Positions 13,640-27,422 of a stretch of 64,000 nt of DNA are shown here, piece by piece. The position numbers and the translations under genes were made by a program. The notes below the pieces were generated by a model, which saw nothing but the letters and a program-made list of their open reading frames with translations, was not told the DNA's origin and ran no database searches. Origin of the DNA: Eledone cirrhosa (Eukaryota); assembly GCA_964016885.1 (NCBI GenBank), contig OZ024742.1, forward strand, positions 349,866,001 to 349,930,000, given 5' to 3'. Each line of letters opens with the position of its first letter. The first letter of the stretch is position 1.

Positions 13640-16600
13640 TACAATAGCACGTTAGCAACTAACAGCGCTGCGATCGAATGTGGCTTTTTAGCCCAGCCAA
13701 TGATCTAAAATGTCTTGCACAGAGTCGGCAACCAAAACATTCACTGGGAATAGTCGGCTGTGGTTGGAGTTCGTGTACTTTTGCATGTCGCTTGAGCCCT
13801 CCTGCTGATTTACATTCTCTACCACATGTTTGGCAAGCATGATGAGTGGCATCTCCAACAGCAGCCTGGTAGTCAACCACTGGTCTTACTTTATGACTGC
13901 GAAGATGACTTTCGAGTCCAGCTTTGCTTAGGCAGAGTCTCGCACATACGCTGCATGTCAGCACCATAGGAGGACCCTCGCCGTCTGGAAGTGCAACAGC
14001 AATGCTCTTCCTCTCATCCCGCTTTACTTTCTCGTATGCGATTCGAGATGCCTCAAAGGCAACTTTTCCCTCATATACAGTCTTTCTCCATTTATTACGA
14101 TCAGCAGCAATATTCTCCCATGTATCAGCAGAGATGTTAGCGTCTTTCAGAGAGGCTTTCAAGGAATCCTTATACCTCTTTTTTGGTTTATGTGGCGGTC
14201 GTTTTCCTTTAACCAACTCTCCATAAAAGAGTTGTTTTGGTATTCTAGAATCCTTCATCCTGGCAAGGTGACCACTCCAACGGAGTCGTTGCTTAAGCAC
14301 AAGAGCTTCTATACTGTCACACATAGAGCTTTCCAAAATCTCGACATCACTGATGTGGTCCCTCCAGTGAACGCCATGGATCCGTCTGAGACACATCTGA
14401 TGGAAACGCTCCAACTGCCTAGGGTGGTGTCGATATGTGACCCAGGTCTCGCAGGCATAAAGAAGACAAGAGAGCACACAGGCCCTGTACACATTTACCT
14501 TTGTCCTCCTGCATATGTCTCGCCGACCCCAGAGTCGCCTTTCTAGCTTTCCGAAAGCATCACTTGCATTCCCAATCCTAAGTGAGATTTCACTGTCAAG
14601 GTTGCTATATCGATTGACAGTGCTTCCCAGGTAGACAAACTGATCAACCACTCCAAGTCGTTTGCCATACACATAGATGTTTGGTTCAGTGTACTGCTTA
14701 CCAGGGGCAGGTTGGTACATGACGATGGTTTTCTTGAGACTGACAGTCAGACCTAGGGCAGTGCAAGCGTCAGAAAATGCATTCAAAATGTGCTGCATAT
14801 CACTCTCTGTGTGCGCTACAAGATCGCAATCATCTGCATACAAGAGGTCTCTTATGATTGATGTAAATACTTTTGTCTTCGCAGCAAAGCGCCTGATGTT
14901 AAATATGTTGCCTGAGGTTCGATATCGGATGTAAACACCATGCTCGCAATTCTTGAATGCAATACAGAAAACCATTGCAAAGTATATGGCAAACAGGGTC
15001 GGTGCTGGAATATCCCCCTGTTTCACTCCATTTTTTACTGAGATAGGCTCCGACATGTTACCCCGACATTAACCCAAGCCTTCATGTCGTCATGGAAAGA
15101 CCTAACTAAAGCAAGGAACTTATCAGGGCAACCAAGTTTCTGGAGAACCTTCCATAATGCATCTCTGTTAACAGTATCGAAAGCTTTTGTCAGATCGACA
15201 AAAACCTGATACAGATCCAAGCCTTTTCCATGCACTTCTCCTGGAGCTGTCTAGCTGAGAAGATCATATCAGTAGTGCCGCGTCCAGCACGAAAACCAGA
15301 CTGACTTTCAGGAAGAACACAATCTGCAATGTGTATCAGAAGACGGTACAGAAGCACCCTACATAAAACTTTCCCTACGACAGAAAGCAATGATATACCT
15401 CTGTAGTTCCCACAATCGTTCCTGTTACCCTTTCCCTTTTACAAGACCACCATTACTGCATCTCTCCAGTCCTCAGGTACGGATTCATTAGCCCATATCC
15501 TGCCAAACAACGAGTGAAGATGTTGCAGGAGTCTCTCACCACCATATTGTAGGAGCTCAGCATGTATGCCATCCATACCTGGAGATCTTCCACTGTTCAG
15601 CTTCGAAATAGCCACTGCAACCTCCACAAGCGTCGGAGGTTCTGCGAGAGCTACTTTCACAGGACTTTCTGGAATGAGATTGAGGAAATCTTCACTGACG
15701 ACAGACGGCTGATTCAAAAGATCATCAAAGTGCTCTCGCCACCTTCGTAGAATTCCTTGTGAGTCACGAAGAAGTTCTTTGCCATCCCTGCTGCGAAGCG
15801 GTGTCACCAGAGAAAAAGACGGTCCATAAACCTCACGCAAGAGACAGTACAACAGCTTTGTGTTATTGGAATCAGACGCAGTTTGTATCTCACCAGCCTT
15901 CTCACTTCACCACTGATCCTTCATCTGAGAAAGACTCCGCCTAACACGTGATTTTACATCCCCGAGTTCCTCACGCAACGTATTCCTCTCCTGTGGTTTT
16001 GCCGTCAAGTAGCGTGACAGAGCACGCCTCTTATCAGCCAACAAGTCTTCTATATGTACATCATTCTCATCAAACCAGTCCTGATGTTTCCTCTGCGCTA
16101 ATCCCAGAACACGCCTGCCTACATCATAAACCGACTTTTTAAGGGTCGGCCAATCCTCACCAAGATCTGCAGCCTGCATCTCTTCTTCCAATGTCCTCTT
16201 CACATTTTTATCCTTAAGACGAGCAGCATTCAATCTTTTGGGCAGGGCAACACCAGGAGCCCGGATTTTACGTTTAGTGATTAGTTTCACTTTTGCGCGT
16301 ACCAGGCGGTGGTCCGTCCAGCACTCAGCTCCACGAAGAACACGAACACACTGCACATCCTGTCTGTCACGCATCCTGACTAGTCCAAAAGATGCCATTC
16401 CTTAGATGCAGGATGCATCCATGTGGTCTTGAATTTGTTCTTTTGTTGGAACATGGTGTTGGTAACACACAGATCCAGCTCCTCACACATCTGCAGCAGG
16501 AGCATACCATTGCTGTTACACTTTCCCACCCCTGCCTTCCGATTACATTCCATGTGTTAAAATCCCTACCCACTCTAGCATTAAAGTCACCAAGCACGAT

Positions 16601-17573
16601 GACTTTGTCTGCCTGAGGGATATTTCTTAAAACACCTTTCAAGGCATGGTAAAAGGACACCTTTTCCTCATCGACAGAACTCATAGTTGGAGCATACACA
16701 CTCACCAGGGTAGCATATCTTCCCTTGTCCAGCGGAACTCTCATGGACATAAGACGCTCACTAATCCCTACTGGGAATTCTTCTAATTTGTTCACAAGCA
16801 CAGTCTTAACAGCAAATCCTACCCCAGCCTCTCTTCTGGTTCCTTCATCTCTTCCTTTCCAGAAGAATGTATATTCTCCACAAAATTGCGTAAGATGATC
16901 ATCTCCAGCTAGCCTCGTCTCAGATAAAGCCACGATGTCAAGATCGTAACGTCGAAGCTCCTTTGCAACAAGAGCGGTCCTTCGTTCAGGACGCCCCAAG
17001 GAATCCCTGTCAAGCAGCGTCCGTACGTTCCAGCAGCTAAGACTAAATGCCTTGTTTGGCTCTATTACAATGGCACGATGACGAGCGGGCCCAGGCTGTG
17101 ATAACCTGGGGCCCCTGCCCTTATTGCCAATGATCTTTTTTGTTCCAGAACCTAAATTGCCAATTATCTCTTTTATATTGTTCTGGAACATCATTGAATT
17201 TGAAAAAAAAAAAAAAAAAAAAAAAATGTAATAATAATAGTAATAATACTAATAATAATAATAATAGTACACTATCAACAATTATTAATGCACTCGTGCA
17301 ATGCCTGTGCGTGACGAATATTTTTAAAGTGAGGAAAGACTGTGCACTGAGCCAATCCCACTCTCTGAGCGACAGTAGCTATAACCCGAAAAGAAGAAAA
17401 GATCAACATCATCGGTAACTACTGAGCCGCAGGTTTTATGTCGGAGTTAACCCAGTTTCCTGAGATGCCTTCTCCTAGAAGAATGCCCTGACAAGGGCTA
17501 GGGGTTCTTCACTCCCAGTGGTTTAACTGCGCGATCGGGCATCCAGCCCGATTATTTCTATGTCCCCGCGCGC
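13640..17573 (-). mobile_element. near full-length RTE-clade LINE (APE + RT + C-terminal C2H2 fingers), frameshifted
   Basis: APE: WNVRTL, DIVALSETR, GVGF, SVYAPT, LGDFNARVG, TDHRLV. RT: PESQSGFRAGRGTTDMIF, VFVDLTKAFDTV, GVKQGD, LLYADD. Three CxxC..H..H fingers. 5' UTR 17290-17573 is separated from the ORF by a poly(A)/(TAA)n tract. Confidence 0.95.
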
Positions 17574-17696
17574 AAAAAAAAAAAAAATTACTTATTGACA
17601 CTTATACGTACGACATACACACACGCGCATACATATGCGCGCACACAGCAACACTCATACATACAAACAAACACACACACGCTACTTTACTCACTT

Positions 17697-17734
<38 letters not shown>

Positions 17735-17844
17735 TACCGTCATTACTGATACAAGATTACAAGATTATGTCAACTGTTGACTTTCAAGAGTTTGTATAAT
17801 TGAAGCCGATCGTACTACAGTCCAGTATTATTATAATTGCTTTA

Positions 17845-17993
17845 CAGCATAGAGTCACGGCCCTCCACGCTCTGAGCTCAAATCCCGCCGAGGTCAACCT
17901 TGCCTTTCATCCCCACGGAGTCAACAAAAGAGAGTACCAGTGATGCGCTGGGCCAGTCGCTGGATTCGTGCCAAAAGCAGAAAAATTATTATT
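17845..17993 (+). mobile_element. SINE, diverged
   Basis: CTGAGCTCAAATCCCGCCGAGGTCAACCTTGCCTTTCATCC core. Confidence 0.85.
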
Positions 17994-18689
17994 AAAGTTG
18001 TTTTCTTAAGGCCCGGTCGCTGGTGATGGTGATGGCGGCGGCGGTAGTGGTGGTGGTGGCAGTTGATGTTGTTGTTGTGTTGTGTGCGTGTGTGTGTGTG
18101 TTTTGTTATTTTGAGTTTTTATTTTTTTTTTATTTTCCCTTCTTTTTCTTTTTTTTTATCTTTTGATGCCGCTGTTGTTATTGCTGTTGTAAATGTTCAT
18201 TTCAGTTCACTCTGAAGCTGTTGTTGCTGTAAACATTAGTGCCGGTGTTGTTGTTGTACATACATGCATATATACATACATGGTGGCTGCGACTCGATTT
18301 CGAGTAATGCCATCGCTTGTTACTTAAGCATGAGCATCACAGACGTGGCTTTTAAGTCCTGCTAGGGACTTGCCTATGGCTAGCAATACCATGCATTGCA
18401 AACAAACGTCACATATCAAGCGATGTCAGTGCCTGAAGCTTTTTTTAAATGAGGAGAGGCTTTGCACGGGCCAATCCCACTCTCTGGATCGAATACATTT
18501 GCCCCAAAATTAGAACTGGTCTACATCATTGGATGCAAATGATATCGCAGGTTTTATATCAGAGTTGCCTTCTCCTAGAGAGATGTCTTAATGAAGTCTA
18601 GGAGTTTCCCGTTAAAAAAAAAGATCTTTATTGGATTGCTGTTGATTCTTCTGAGTTCCTCCGCCCTTTGACACACGTGCATATATACG

Positions 18690-19010
18690 TACATACATAC
18701 AAGCAATTGGTGCTTCTTGTGTGTGTGTGGGAGTATCTCTTCATTGAACATTACACGATTATGTGCACGCAGGTGACTTTTCATACCCACTTTTATTTTG
18801 CAGGTACGTTCACAGATGTGTCACTTGAACCGTCTGTCTCCTGGCAGTACCAGCTGGGGGTGTGTCTTCAGTCATTCTACCATGTCTGGTCAGCCTACCA
18901 GCTGACTTGTAAATTAAGCCACACCGGCTCAGATGTACTGAGGAGAGTATAGCGGCAGGACCACGGGTTGGATGTCTACCAGGCTCGTCTGATTTCAGAT
19001 GATTGACAAA
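18690..19010 (-). mobile_element. degenerate 3' fragment of an RTE LINE (zinc-finger tail)
   Basis: Minus HICERTCKIKVGMKSHLRAH and YKSAG.L.RH resemble the C-terminus of 13659-15056. Confidence 0.7.
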
Positions 19011-19300
19011 ACCGATTTATCTAATTGTTTATTTATTGTTTCCCGAAGCAGTAAAGTATATTTATAAAGCACTACACACTCTATAAAGGACAGAGGGTGA
19101 CTTTGGGTCACTTCGTTTGTACACATCTTAAGATCCCATTACATTAAAGTCAACTACATCATTATACAATATATATTATATAAATCATGTAATTACTAAT
19201 GAAACTCAGGTGGCTGAGAGCGGAGTACCTATCGTTGGAATAAACGTTTATTAAAATGTTATTTCACTCTCTAGCTTTGGGTATATGTATATATATATAT

Positions 19301-19477
19301 ATAGGAAAATGTTCAGGACCCCGACGGCAGAGCTCAAGCCGTTTCGACGTCTATTTCCATCCAGAAATAGCCGTCGGGGTCCTGAACATTTTCCTATTAC
19401 CCACTCTACTACCCAAAGTATCGAGTACTCTGGTGTATTATGGTCCACCTGGTTCCTTACCACACTTCCTTCCTTTT
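19301..19477. mobile_element. mini fold-back cassette with HHR 3' half and ~80-nt tail (same family as 38191-38460 and 52430-52494)
   Basis: Inverted TAGGAAAATGTTCAGGACCCCGACGGC / GCCGTCGGGGTCCTGAACATTTTCCTA; minus GAAA-CGGC TTGAGCTCT GCCG-TC. Confidence 0.75.
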
Positions 19478-19546
19478 ATATATATATATATGTATATACA
19501 CATTTACATATATATATTTATTTATACACACACACACGCACACACA

Positions 19547-19585
<39 letters not shown>

Positions 19586-20342
19586 GAATAATCGAGTATC
19601 GAAAAATCGGCGCACGAGTTCACAATAAACAAAATTCGAAATGAGCGGCAGAGGGCTCAATAATTCAGATAAATCAGAGCTATAACTATCGTTAAAATAC
19701 CGACACACATAGAACATGTCTAAAATCAACCATACGACCGAAAAATTACGATCTGGAAGATTCGGGACACTCAGATAAAATATCAATAAATCAATAAATC
19801 AAATGAATATATATACAAATATATATTTATATCTCTTTACAAATATATATTTCAAAATAAATTTCAATAAATATAGTTACATTTTAGAGAGCAGAAGTTT
19901 CTGGGAAGTTGGACTGACTGAAGGAGGAGGCGGAGGGGGGGGAGAGCAGGCAGAGTAGGAGGAGGAGGTGGAAGAGGGGGAGAGGAGGGGTAGTGAATGT
20001 AAGTACAGAAATATTTCATGTTTATATAAAAAAATTGTTTGTTAACAACAGAATTAAGACGGTGACATTTGTCGAGATATAACCTGCAACTGTATATTGA
20101 CGATGGTGACTATGGCGAGGCGGAGGAGGGGAAGGAGGAGTAAGCGAAGAGGAGGAGGTGGAGTAAGTGGAGGAAGAAGTGGAGGTGTGGAGGAGTTGAG
20201 GAGGGGAAGAGGAAGGGGATGAGGATGAGGAGACACGATGTTAAAGTGAGACTACAAAAGAAAAACATGTTATGGTCCCATAACTTGTGATGGAGTCGTA
20301 GCGGCACCTCAGTGACATGTGACATTTGTTGGGTATCTTAAG

Positions 20343-21135
20343 ACTGGTAGAGTCCATATCTTCTCCAGGTCTGGACACAACAGATGTCTTCCACAACTGG
20401 TGCAGTCCATATCTTCTCCAGGTCTGGACACAACAGATGTCTTCCACAACTGGTAGAATCCATATCTTCTCCAGGTCTGGACACAACAGATGTCTTCCAC
20501 AACTGGTAGAGTTCATATCTTCTCCAGGTCTGGACACAACAGATGTCTTCCACAACTGGTAGAGTCCATATCTTCTCCAGGTCTGGACACAACAGATGTC
20601 TTCCACAACTGGTGGAGTCCTTATCTTCTCCAGGTCTGGACACAACAGATGTCTTCCACAACTGGTAGAGTCCATATCTTCTCCAGGTCTGGACACAACA
20701 GATGTCTTCCACAACTGGTGGAGTCCATATCTTCTCCAGGTCTGGACACAACAGATGTCTTCCACAACTGGTAGAGTCCATATCTTCTCCAGGTCTGGAC
20801 ACAACAGATGTCTTCCATAACTGGTAGAGTCCATATCTTCTCCAGGTCTGGACACAACAGATGTCTTCCACAACTGGTAGAGTCCATATCTTCTCCAGGT
20901 CTGGACACAACAGATGTCTTCCACAACTGGTGGAGTCCGTATCTTCTCCAGGTCTGGACACAACAGATGTCTTCCACAACTGGTAGAGTCCATATCTTCT
21001 CCAGGTCTGGACACAACAGATGTCTTCCACAACTGGTGGAGTCCATATCTTCTCCAGGTCTGGACTCAACAGATGTCTTCCACAACTAGTGGAGTCCATA
21101 TCTTCTCCAGGTCTGAACGTAACAGATGTCTTCCA
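20343..21135. repeat. 53-bp minisatellite, ~15 copies
   Basis: Unit ACTGGTAGAGTCCATATCTTCTCCAGGTCTGGACACAACAGATGTCTTCCACA. Confidence 0.97.
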
Positions 21136-21175
21136 GAGAAGGGTAGAGGAAGTGAGCAAGATTTATTGAGGAAGG

Positions 21176-21372
21176 ATAGACCCGAGAACATGACTGGTAC
21201 TATATATATAGAGAGAGATAGAGAGTGAAACAGAGGAAGTGAGAAAGAAATATAGAGGAAGAATAGACCCGAGAACATCACTGGTACTATATATAGAGAG
21301 AGAAATAGAGAGTGAAACAGGAAGTGAGAAAGAAATATAGAGTAAGAATAGACCCGAGAACATGACTGGTAC
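21176..21372. repeat. ~87-bp purine-rich tandem repeat, ~2.3 copies
   Basis: ATAGACCCGAGAACAT(G/C)ACTGGTAC recurs three times. Confidence 0.9.
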
Positions 21373-21730
21373 GTTTTCATCGACTTTAAAAGGATAAAAA
21401 GGCAAAGTTAACCTCGGTGGGATTTGAACTCAGAGAGCAGACAGCTGGAACGAATACCACAAATCCTTCTATACAACAAAATTAGGATTTGGTTTTCGCT
21501 CTAACATAGCGGGTACGTAAATGTTTTCGTGAGTTTTATATGGAATAATAATTGTTTCTACTTTTAGCACAAGGCCAGCAATTATCCCAGTGTATTACTG
21601 GTACTTTATTTTATCGACCCTGTAAGGATGAAAGGCAAAGTTAATCTCGGCGGGATTTGAACTCAGATCATAAAGAGCCGTAACTCTCTGCTGCAAAGCA
21701 TGGCGTCCGACCCTCTACCGATACTGCCAA
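21372..21730 (-). mobile_element. two SINE copies (21372-21465 partial, 21547-21730)
   Basis: SINE core on the minus strand. Confidence 0.9.
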
Positions 21731-22117
21731 AATAATAATATTTTATTGGTTTGCAAGCAAACAGCCTGATTACGCTGTGTTTTTAGATGACCATCACCAT
21801 CCTGTTGTTTTAGCAGTGACAGAGAGAAACAACCGACAATAATATTTCTGGGTTATTGCCCTTTGTCAAGATTGTGTATCTCTCTCCTGTCACTCACTAG
21901 AACTCTTGAGAATATATAGTATTCTCTAAAATATCCATCGGCTGATCAGCCTAATTTGCATACAGAGCTATTTTACGGCTGGCTTAGCCAACGTTTTAAC
22001 AACTCTGCTATTTTGCCGCCTTAATAACCATATATATATATCGATCGACTTTCGTCAAATCGGACCGAGTAAACAATGTTTTCGTCGGTCTTTCCAGTTG
22101 CTAATACTATCTATCGG

Positions 22118-22208
22118 TTGCAACGTGAAATAAAGTGTCGCCCGGTCCAGAAATCGAACACACAACCTCAAGATTTTGAATTCAATTCTCTAACCACTCA
22201 GCCACACA
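22118..22208 (-). mobile_element. degenerate tRNA-derived SINE head of a second family
   Basis: Minus GTGTGGCTGAGTGGTTAGAG (A box) ... GTTCGATT (B box); no complete cloverleaf. Confidence 0.55.
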
Positions 22209-22300
22209 CCTTCACTAATAACCGTAATACATGTAAAATGTTTAGAAATATAAATACAAGACAAAACAAACCGAATATTAATAATCTTATGAACATTATG

Positions 22301-22530
22301 CAGTATCGGTAGAGAGTCTGACGCCATGCTTTCCAGCAAAGTTACGTCCCTCTACGGTCTGAGTTCAAATCCCGCCGAGGTTAACTTTGCCTTTCATCCT
22401 TACGGGGTCGATAAAATAAAGTACCATAATGCGTTGGGATAATTGCTGGCCTTGTGCCAAAAGTAAAAACAAAAGTACCAGTAAAGCACTGGGTAATTGT
22501 TGGCCTTGTGCCAAACGTAGAAATAATTAT
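22301..22530 (+). mobile_element. SINE with duplicated 3' end
   Basis: Core plus two copies of AAAAGTACCA...AATTG(C/T)TGGCCTTGTGCCAAA. Confidence 0.9.
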
Positions 22531-22773
22531 TATTTACTCACAAATATGTCTAAAGATATAAAATATTCAAAATATTGCAACTATTGCCAAAGTAGGAAAA
22601 TAGAAAAACTGGAAATAGATTTAACAGCTGCAGTTTCTTGAAACTTCAGCCTCACGAGGGCTTTCTTAGTTTTCGAGAAAAAGTTCGTAACTGGGTGACT
22701 TGGAAAGGGTGTCGGGGGTGAATAATTGATGAGAATTTGAAGATTTTTATATTTCATTATTATGACTGCACTG

Positions 22774-22955
22774 GGCGGTGAATTGGCAGTATCGGTAGAA
22801 GGTCGGACATGCTTTCCAGCATAGTTACGTCCCCTTACGATCTGAGTTCAAATCCCGCCGAGGTTGACTTTGCCTTTCATCCTTACGGGGGTCGATAAAA
22901 TAAAGTACCAGTAACGTACTGGTTAATTGCTGGCCTTGTGCCTAAAGTAGAAACA
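22774..22955 (+). mobile_element. full-length tRNA-head SINE with Nin/Deu-like core and 18-bp TSD
   Basis: A box TGGCAGTATCGG, B box GAGTTCAAATCC; TSD ATTATTATGACTGCACTG at 22756-22773 and 22956-22973. Confidence 0.92.
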
Positions 22956-22999
22956 ATTATTATGACTGCACTGTCTATAACCAGAGAAATATGTAATGT

Positions 23000-24360
23000 C
23001 TTTGATTGTCTATGTCTAAGGGGACATCACTGGCTATGATTTCTATGATTGTCTATGTCTAAGGGAACATCAGTCGCGATGATTGTCTATGATTGTCTAT
23101 GTCTAAGGGAACATCACTCGCGATGATTGTCTATGATTGTCTATGATTGTCTTTGATCGTCTATGATTGTCTTTGATTGTCTATGATTGTCTATGACTAA
23201 GGGAACATCACTCGCTATGATTGTCTATGACTAAGGGAACATCACTGGCTATGATTGTCTATGATTGTCTATGACTAAGGGGACATCACTCGCAATGATT
23301 GTCTATGATTGTCTTTGATTATCTATGGTTGTCTTTGATTCTCTATGAATAAGGAACATCATTCGCTATGATGGTCTATGACTGTCTATGATTGTCTTTG
23401 ACTAAGGGGCATCATTGGTTATGATTGTCTATAATTGTCTTCGATTGTCTATGACTAAGGGAACATCACTCGTTATGATTGTCTATGATTGTCTATGACT
23501 AAGGGAACATCACTTGTTATGGTTGTCTATGATTGTCTATGACTAAGGGAACATCACTCGTTATGATTGTCTATGATTGTCTATGACGAAGGGAACATCA
23601 CTCCCTATGATTATCTTCGATTGTCTATGACTAAGGGAAAATCACTCGCTATGATTATCTTTGATTGTCTTTGATTGTCTTTGATTGTCTATGATTGTCT
23701 ATGACTAAGGGAACATCACTCGCTATGATTGTCTATGATTATTTATGACTAAGGGAGCATCACTCGCTATGATTTCTATGATTCTCTATGCCTAATGAAA
23801 CATCACTCGCTATGATTGTCTCTGATTGTCTTTGATTATCTATGAATAAGGGAACATCACTGGCTATGATTGCCTATGATTGTCTTTGATTGTCTTTGAT
23901 TGTCCATGATTGTCTATGACTAAGGGGACATCACTCGCTATGATTGTCTTTGATTGTCTTTGATTGTCTTTGATTGTCTTTGATTGTCTATGATTGTCTA
24001 TGACTAAGGGAACATCACTCGCTATGATTGTCTATGACTGTCTATGGATAATGGAACATTACTCGCTATGATTGTCTATGAATAAGGGAACATCGCTCGC
24101 TGTGATTGTCTATGATTGTCTATGACCAAGGGAACATCAACCACTATGATTGTCTATGACTCTCTATTGCTAAGGGAACATCACGCGCTATGATTGTCTA
24201 TGATTGTCTATGAATAAGGGAACATCACTCGCTATGATTGTCTATGATTGTCTTTGATTGTCTATGATAGTCTATGATTGCCTATAACTGTCTATGATAG
24301 TCTATGATTGCCTATAACTGTCTATGATTGTCTATGAATGTCTCTGATTGTCCATGACCA
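23000..24360. repeat. composite minisatellite of 10-bp GATTGTCTAT units interleaved with a ~24-bp GACTAAGGGAACATCACTCGCTAT unit
   Basis: Direct read; decays into relics up to ~24830. Confidence 0.95.
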
Positions 24361-25385
24361 AGAAACTAAGATTGTTGTTTCTTGTCTTTGACTAGAAACA
24401 AACACCGAGTAATGAAACACAGGGTATAAACACAGAACCTTCTCTCCATTTGACACCAGAATCCTCGCTGTTAATCATTGAAGAACAATCAATCTCTATG
24501 ACAAACGAGAAACCTTTTCTGTTTACGTTCAATTTTACTGTCAAGGACCAAGAAACCTTGGTACTTTATAATCAGGGATCCAGCACTATTTATGACAACA
24601 TTTATATACAACTTTCACTGTTAATGTCCAAGGAATTTCCACACCTATTTACTTAGGACATTTCAATCTGGTTGACCAAGAAAATGTCAGTTTAGAATCA
24701 AATATTCTTCTCTGTCTGAGAACACCGAACATTTACAGTCTAGAAAAAACAACAGACCATAAGAAAACGTTCACTCTATGACCAAGCAAATGTCATTGTT
24801 TAAAACTAAGGAATGTCTACATCTTAGGATAAAGGAAGAGTTGGTGGCGAAACTTTGAAGTCGCAGGCCTCCTGTGTTTCTATGTAGTAAAATATTTAAA
24901 TTCTATTTCAGAATCAGTATTGAATCCTGTTTGCGGAGTATATTTTGCTGTTTCAGTTGGGAACTATGTAGCTTTGGGGCTATATAGTTCTGTGTGTCGT
25001 AATAAAGGTCTCAGTTTTACCAATATATGTATAAATGAATGTACACCTGTATTTTCGTAATAAAGGTCTCAGTTTCACCAATATATGTATAAATAAATGT
25101 ACACCTGTATTTAGGATTCTAGTTGTAAGGCACAGCTCTGCACTACGATAGGCCAAAGTTTGTGAAGGTCTTTTATCGTTTCAAGGGGAAGATCACATTT
25201 TGTGTCACCATTTACTAACGTTTGTTATTTTTTAGATCCAGACAGTAAAACTAATATTATTCAATACCACTAGAATTTCAATACTAGGAAAAGTTTCTCA
25301 TTTCACAAATTAAGTACAACAATATAGCATTTTGAAGTTATATAAAAAAATATTTTCAAAGAAAATGAAACAAATAAAGATATAA

Positions 25386-25571
25386 TTATTTCTACTTTAG
25401 GCACAAGGCCAGCAATTACCCAGTGTATTACTGGTACTTTATTTTATCGACCCCGTAAGGATGAAAGGCAAAGTCAACCTCGGCGGGATTTGAACTCAGA
25501 TCGTAAAGGGACGTAACTATGCTGGAAAGCATGGCGTCCGACCCTCTACTGATAGTGCCAATCCACCGCCC
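25386..25571 (-). mobile_element. full-length SINE
   Basis: Reverse complement of the 22774-22955 type. Confidence 0.92.
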
Positions 25572-25828
25572 TTAGAGATATAATGAAATAAAGATATAAT
25601 GATGACTATTAGGGTATATATATATTTGTTTATATTTCTACATCATGCAACTCAATCTGAGAGTTATCGTCTGGCTGTCTTGGTTGTAACAATTCTACAT
25701 GAATCAACATTTCCTGACTGAAGATTGTCAGCGTCTTTTTAGAGGAAATTATCAAACGTAGAGAATTCTATGTGACTATATTTATTTTAGGCAGGAATAA
25801 ATCCACACAAGCTTGGGTACAGCTGCTA

Positions 25829-25962
<134 letters not shown>

Positions 25963-25969
25963 GTATATA

Positions 25970-26000
<31 letters not shown>

Positions 26001-26017
26001 TGTATAAATATATATGA

Positions 26018-26110
<93 letters not shown>

Positions 26111-26136
26111 ATAAATATATATGAATATATATATAT

Positions 26137-26211
<75 letters not shown>

Positions 26212-27384
26212 AAGAGTTAAACAAAATTCAATGAGTATATCAAAGAATGAGTTTTACAGTAGATTGTAAATAATTTTCCGGAGTTATTAATGTTAGAATA
26301 TAAATATTAATAAAATAAATGTTCTTTTGATCAATTACATTTTATTATACATATTTCGGATGTACAACAGTACGTCCTCATCAGACAAAATATAAGTATA
26401 TATGACATACCCTGAGATGTTAAATGGTTAAGATTTAATCAAGGTAGTGATTAACCTAAGAGAAAATTTAACATTTATACCCTAATAATGAGAAAATGCA
26501 AAAACGTAATAAATTCAATAGAGAATGTGTGAGTAAGAAAAACGTTGCTTAATGTACCAGTTATCAAGATTTTAATATGTATGATACTACAATTTATCTA
26601 GGAAAGCATTTCATGAATTATAACAGTCAGTGAGAGAAGAGGGTAATGTATGCAGAAAGAGATTTTTTTCCGAAAGTTAAACGACTAAGTTTGAAAATAT
26701 TTAATTTAAGTTATCTTAGGGTGGGAATCAATATTTTAGGTTTTTTTTTTAAAATTGGTGGTTATTTATATATTAGTTTTGTAAATTTAATAAGTGTGTT
26801 AACATTTCTAGGCTTCTGAATTTTTTGATGATAAGATTAAAAGGGTTTATCTGGCCATCATTAAGGAAAGTTTACACTGTTGAATATTTTCCTAAATGTA
26901 ATCTTTAATGAAGTTAGTTATTGTCAACGTAATAGGTATATGAAGCTTTTGAAGTATTTATTGTTATAAAAATTTAAATAACGGTTATGTATATAGATAT
27001 ATATTAATTAATTAACGAGCCAGTATATTTAAGGTAAATGATAATAAAAATAAAATAAAATTAAATAATAGATTGAGGCATGTTAAAACTAAATATATAC
27101 CCATATATAACCGTGTGTACATGTATTAATTATTCCTATCTCAAAGTAAAAACAATAAAAAAATTTACAAGTTAACTGAAAATTATGTATATAAAGATAC
27201 TTGGGAGATATATATGGATATATCTTATATTATGTATGGTCGATAAAATAAAGTACCAGTAATGCACTGGGTAATTGCTGGCCTTGTGCCAAAAGTAGAA
27301 ACAATTATGTATTAGTGATACAGTATACTTTAGGTAAATGATAACGGTTATAATTTTATATAATAAAGTTCTATGTGTTAAAGT

Positions 27385-27422
<38 letters not shown>

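Noticed and set aside
20343-21135. CRISPR-like array or coding repeat
   Set aside because: Units are contiguous with no unique spacers, there are no cas genes, the context is eukaryotic, and 53 bp is not a multiple of 3.
22118-22208. tRNA gene
   Set aside because: Only A/B-box similarity and no complete cloverleaf; treated as a SINE head.
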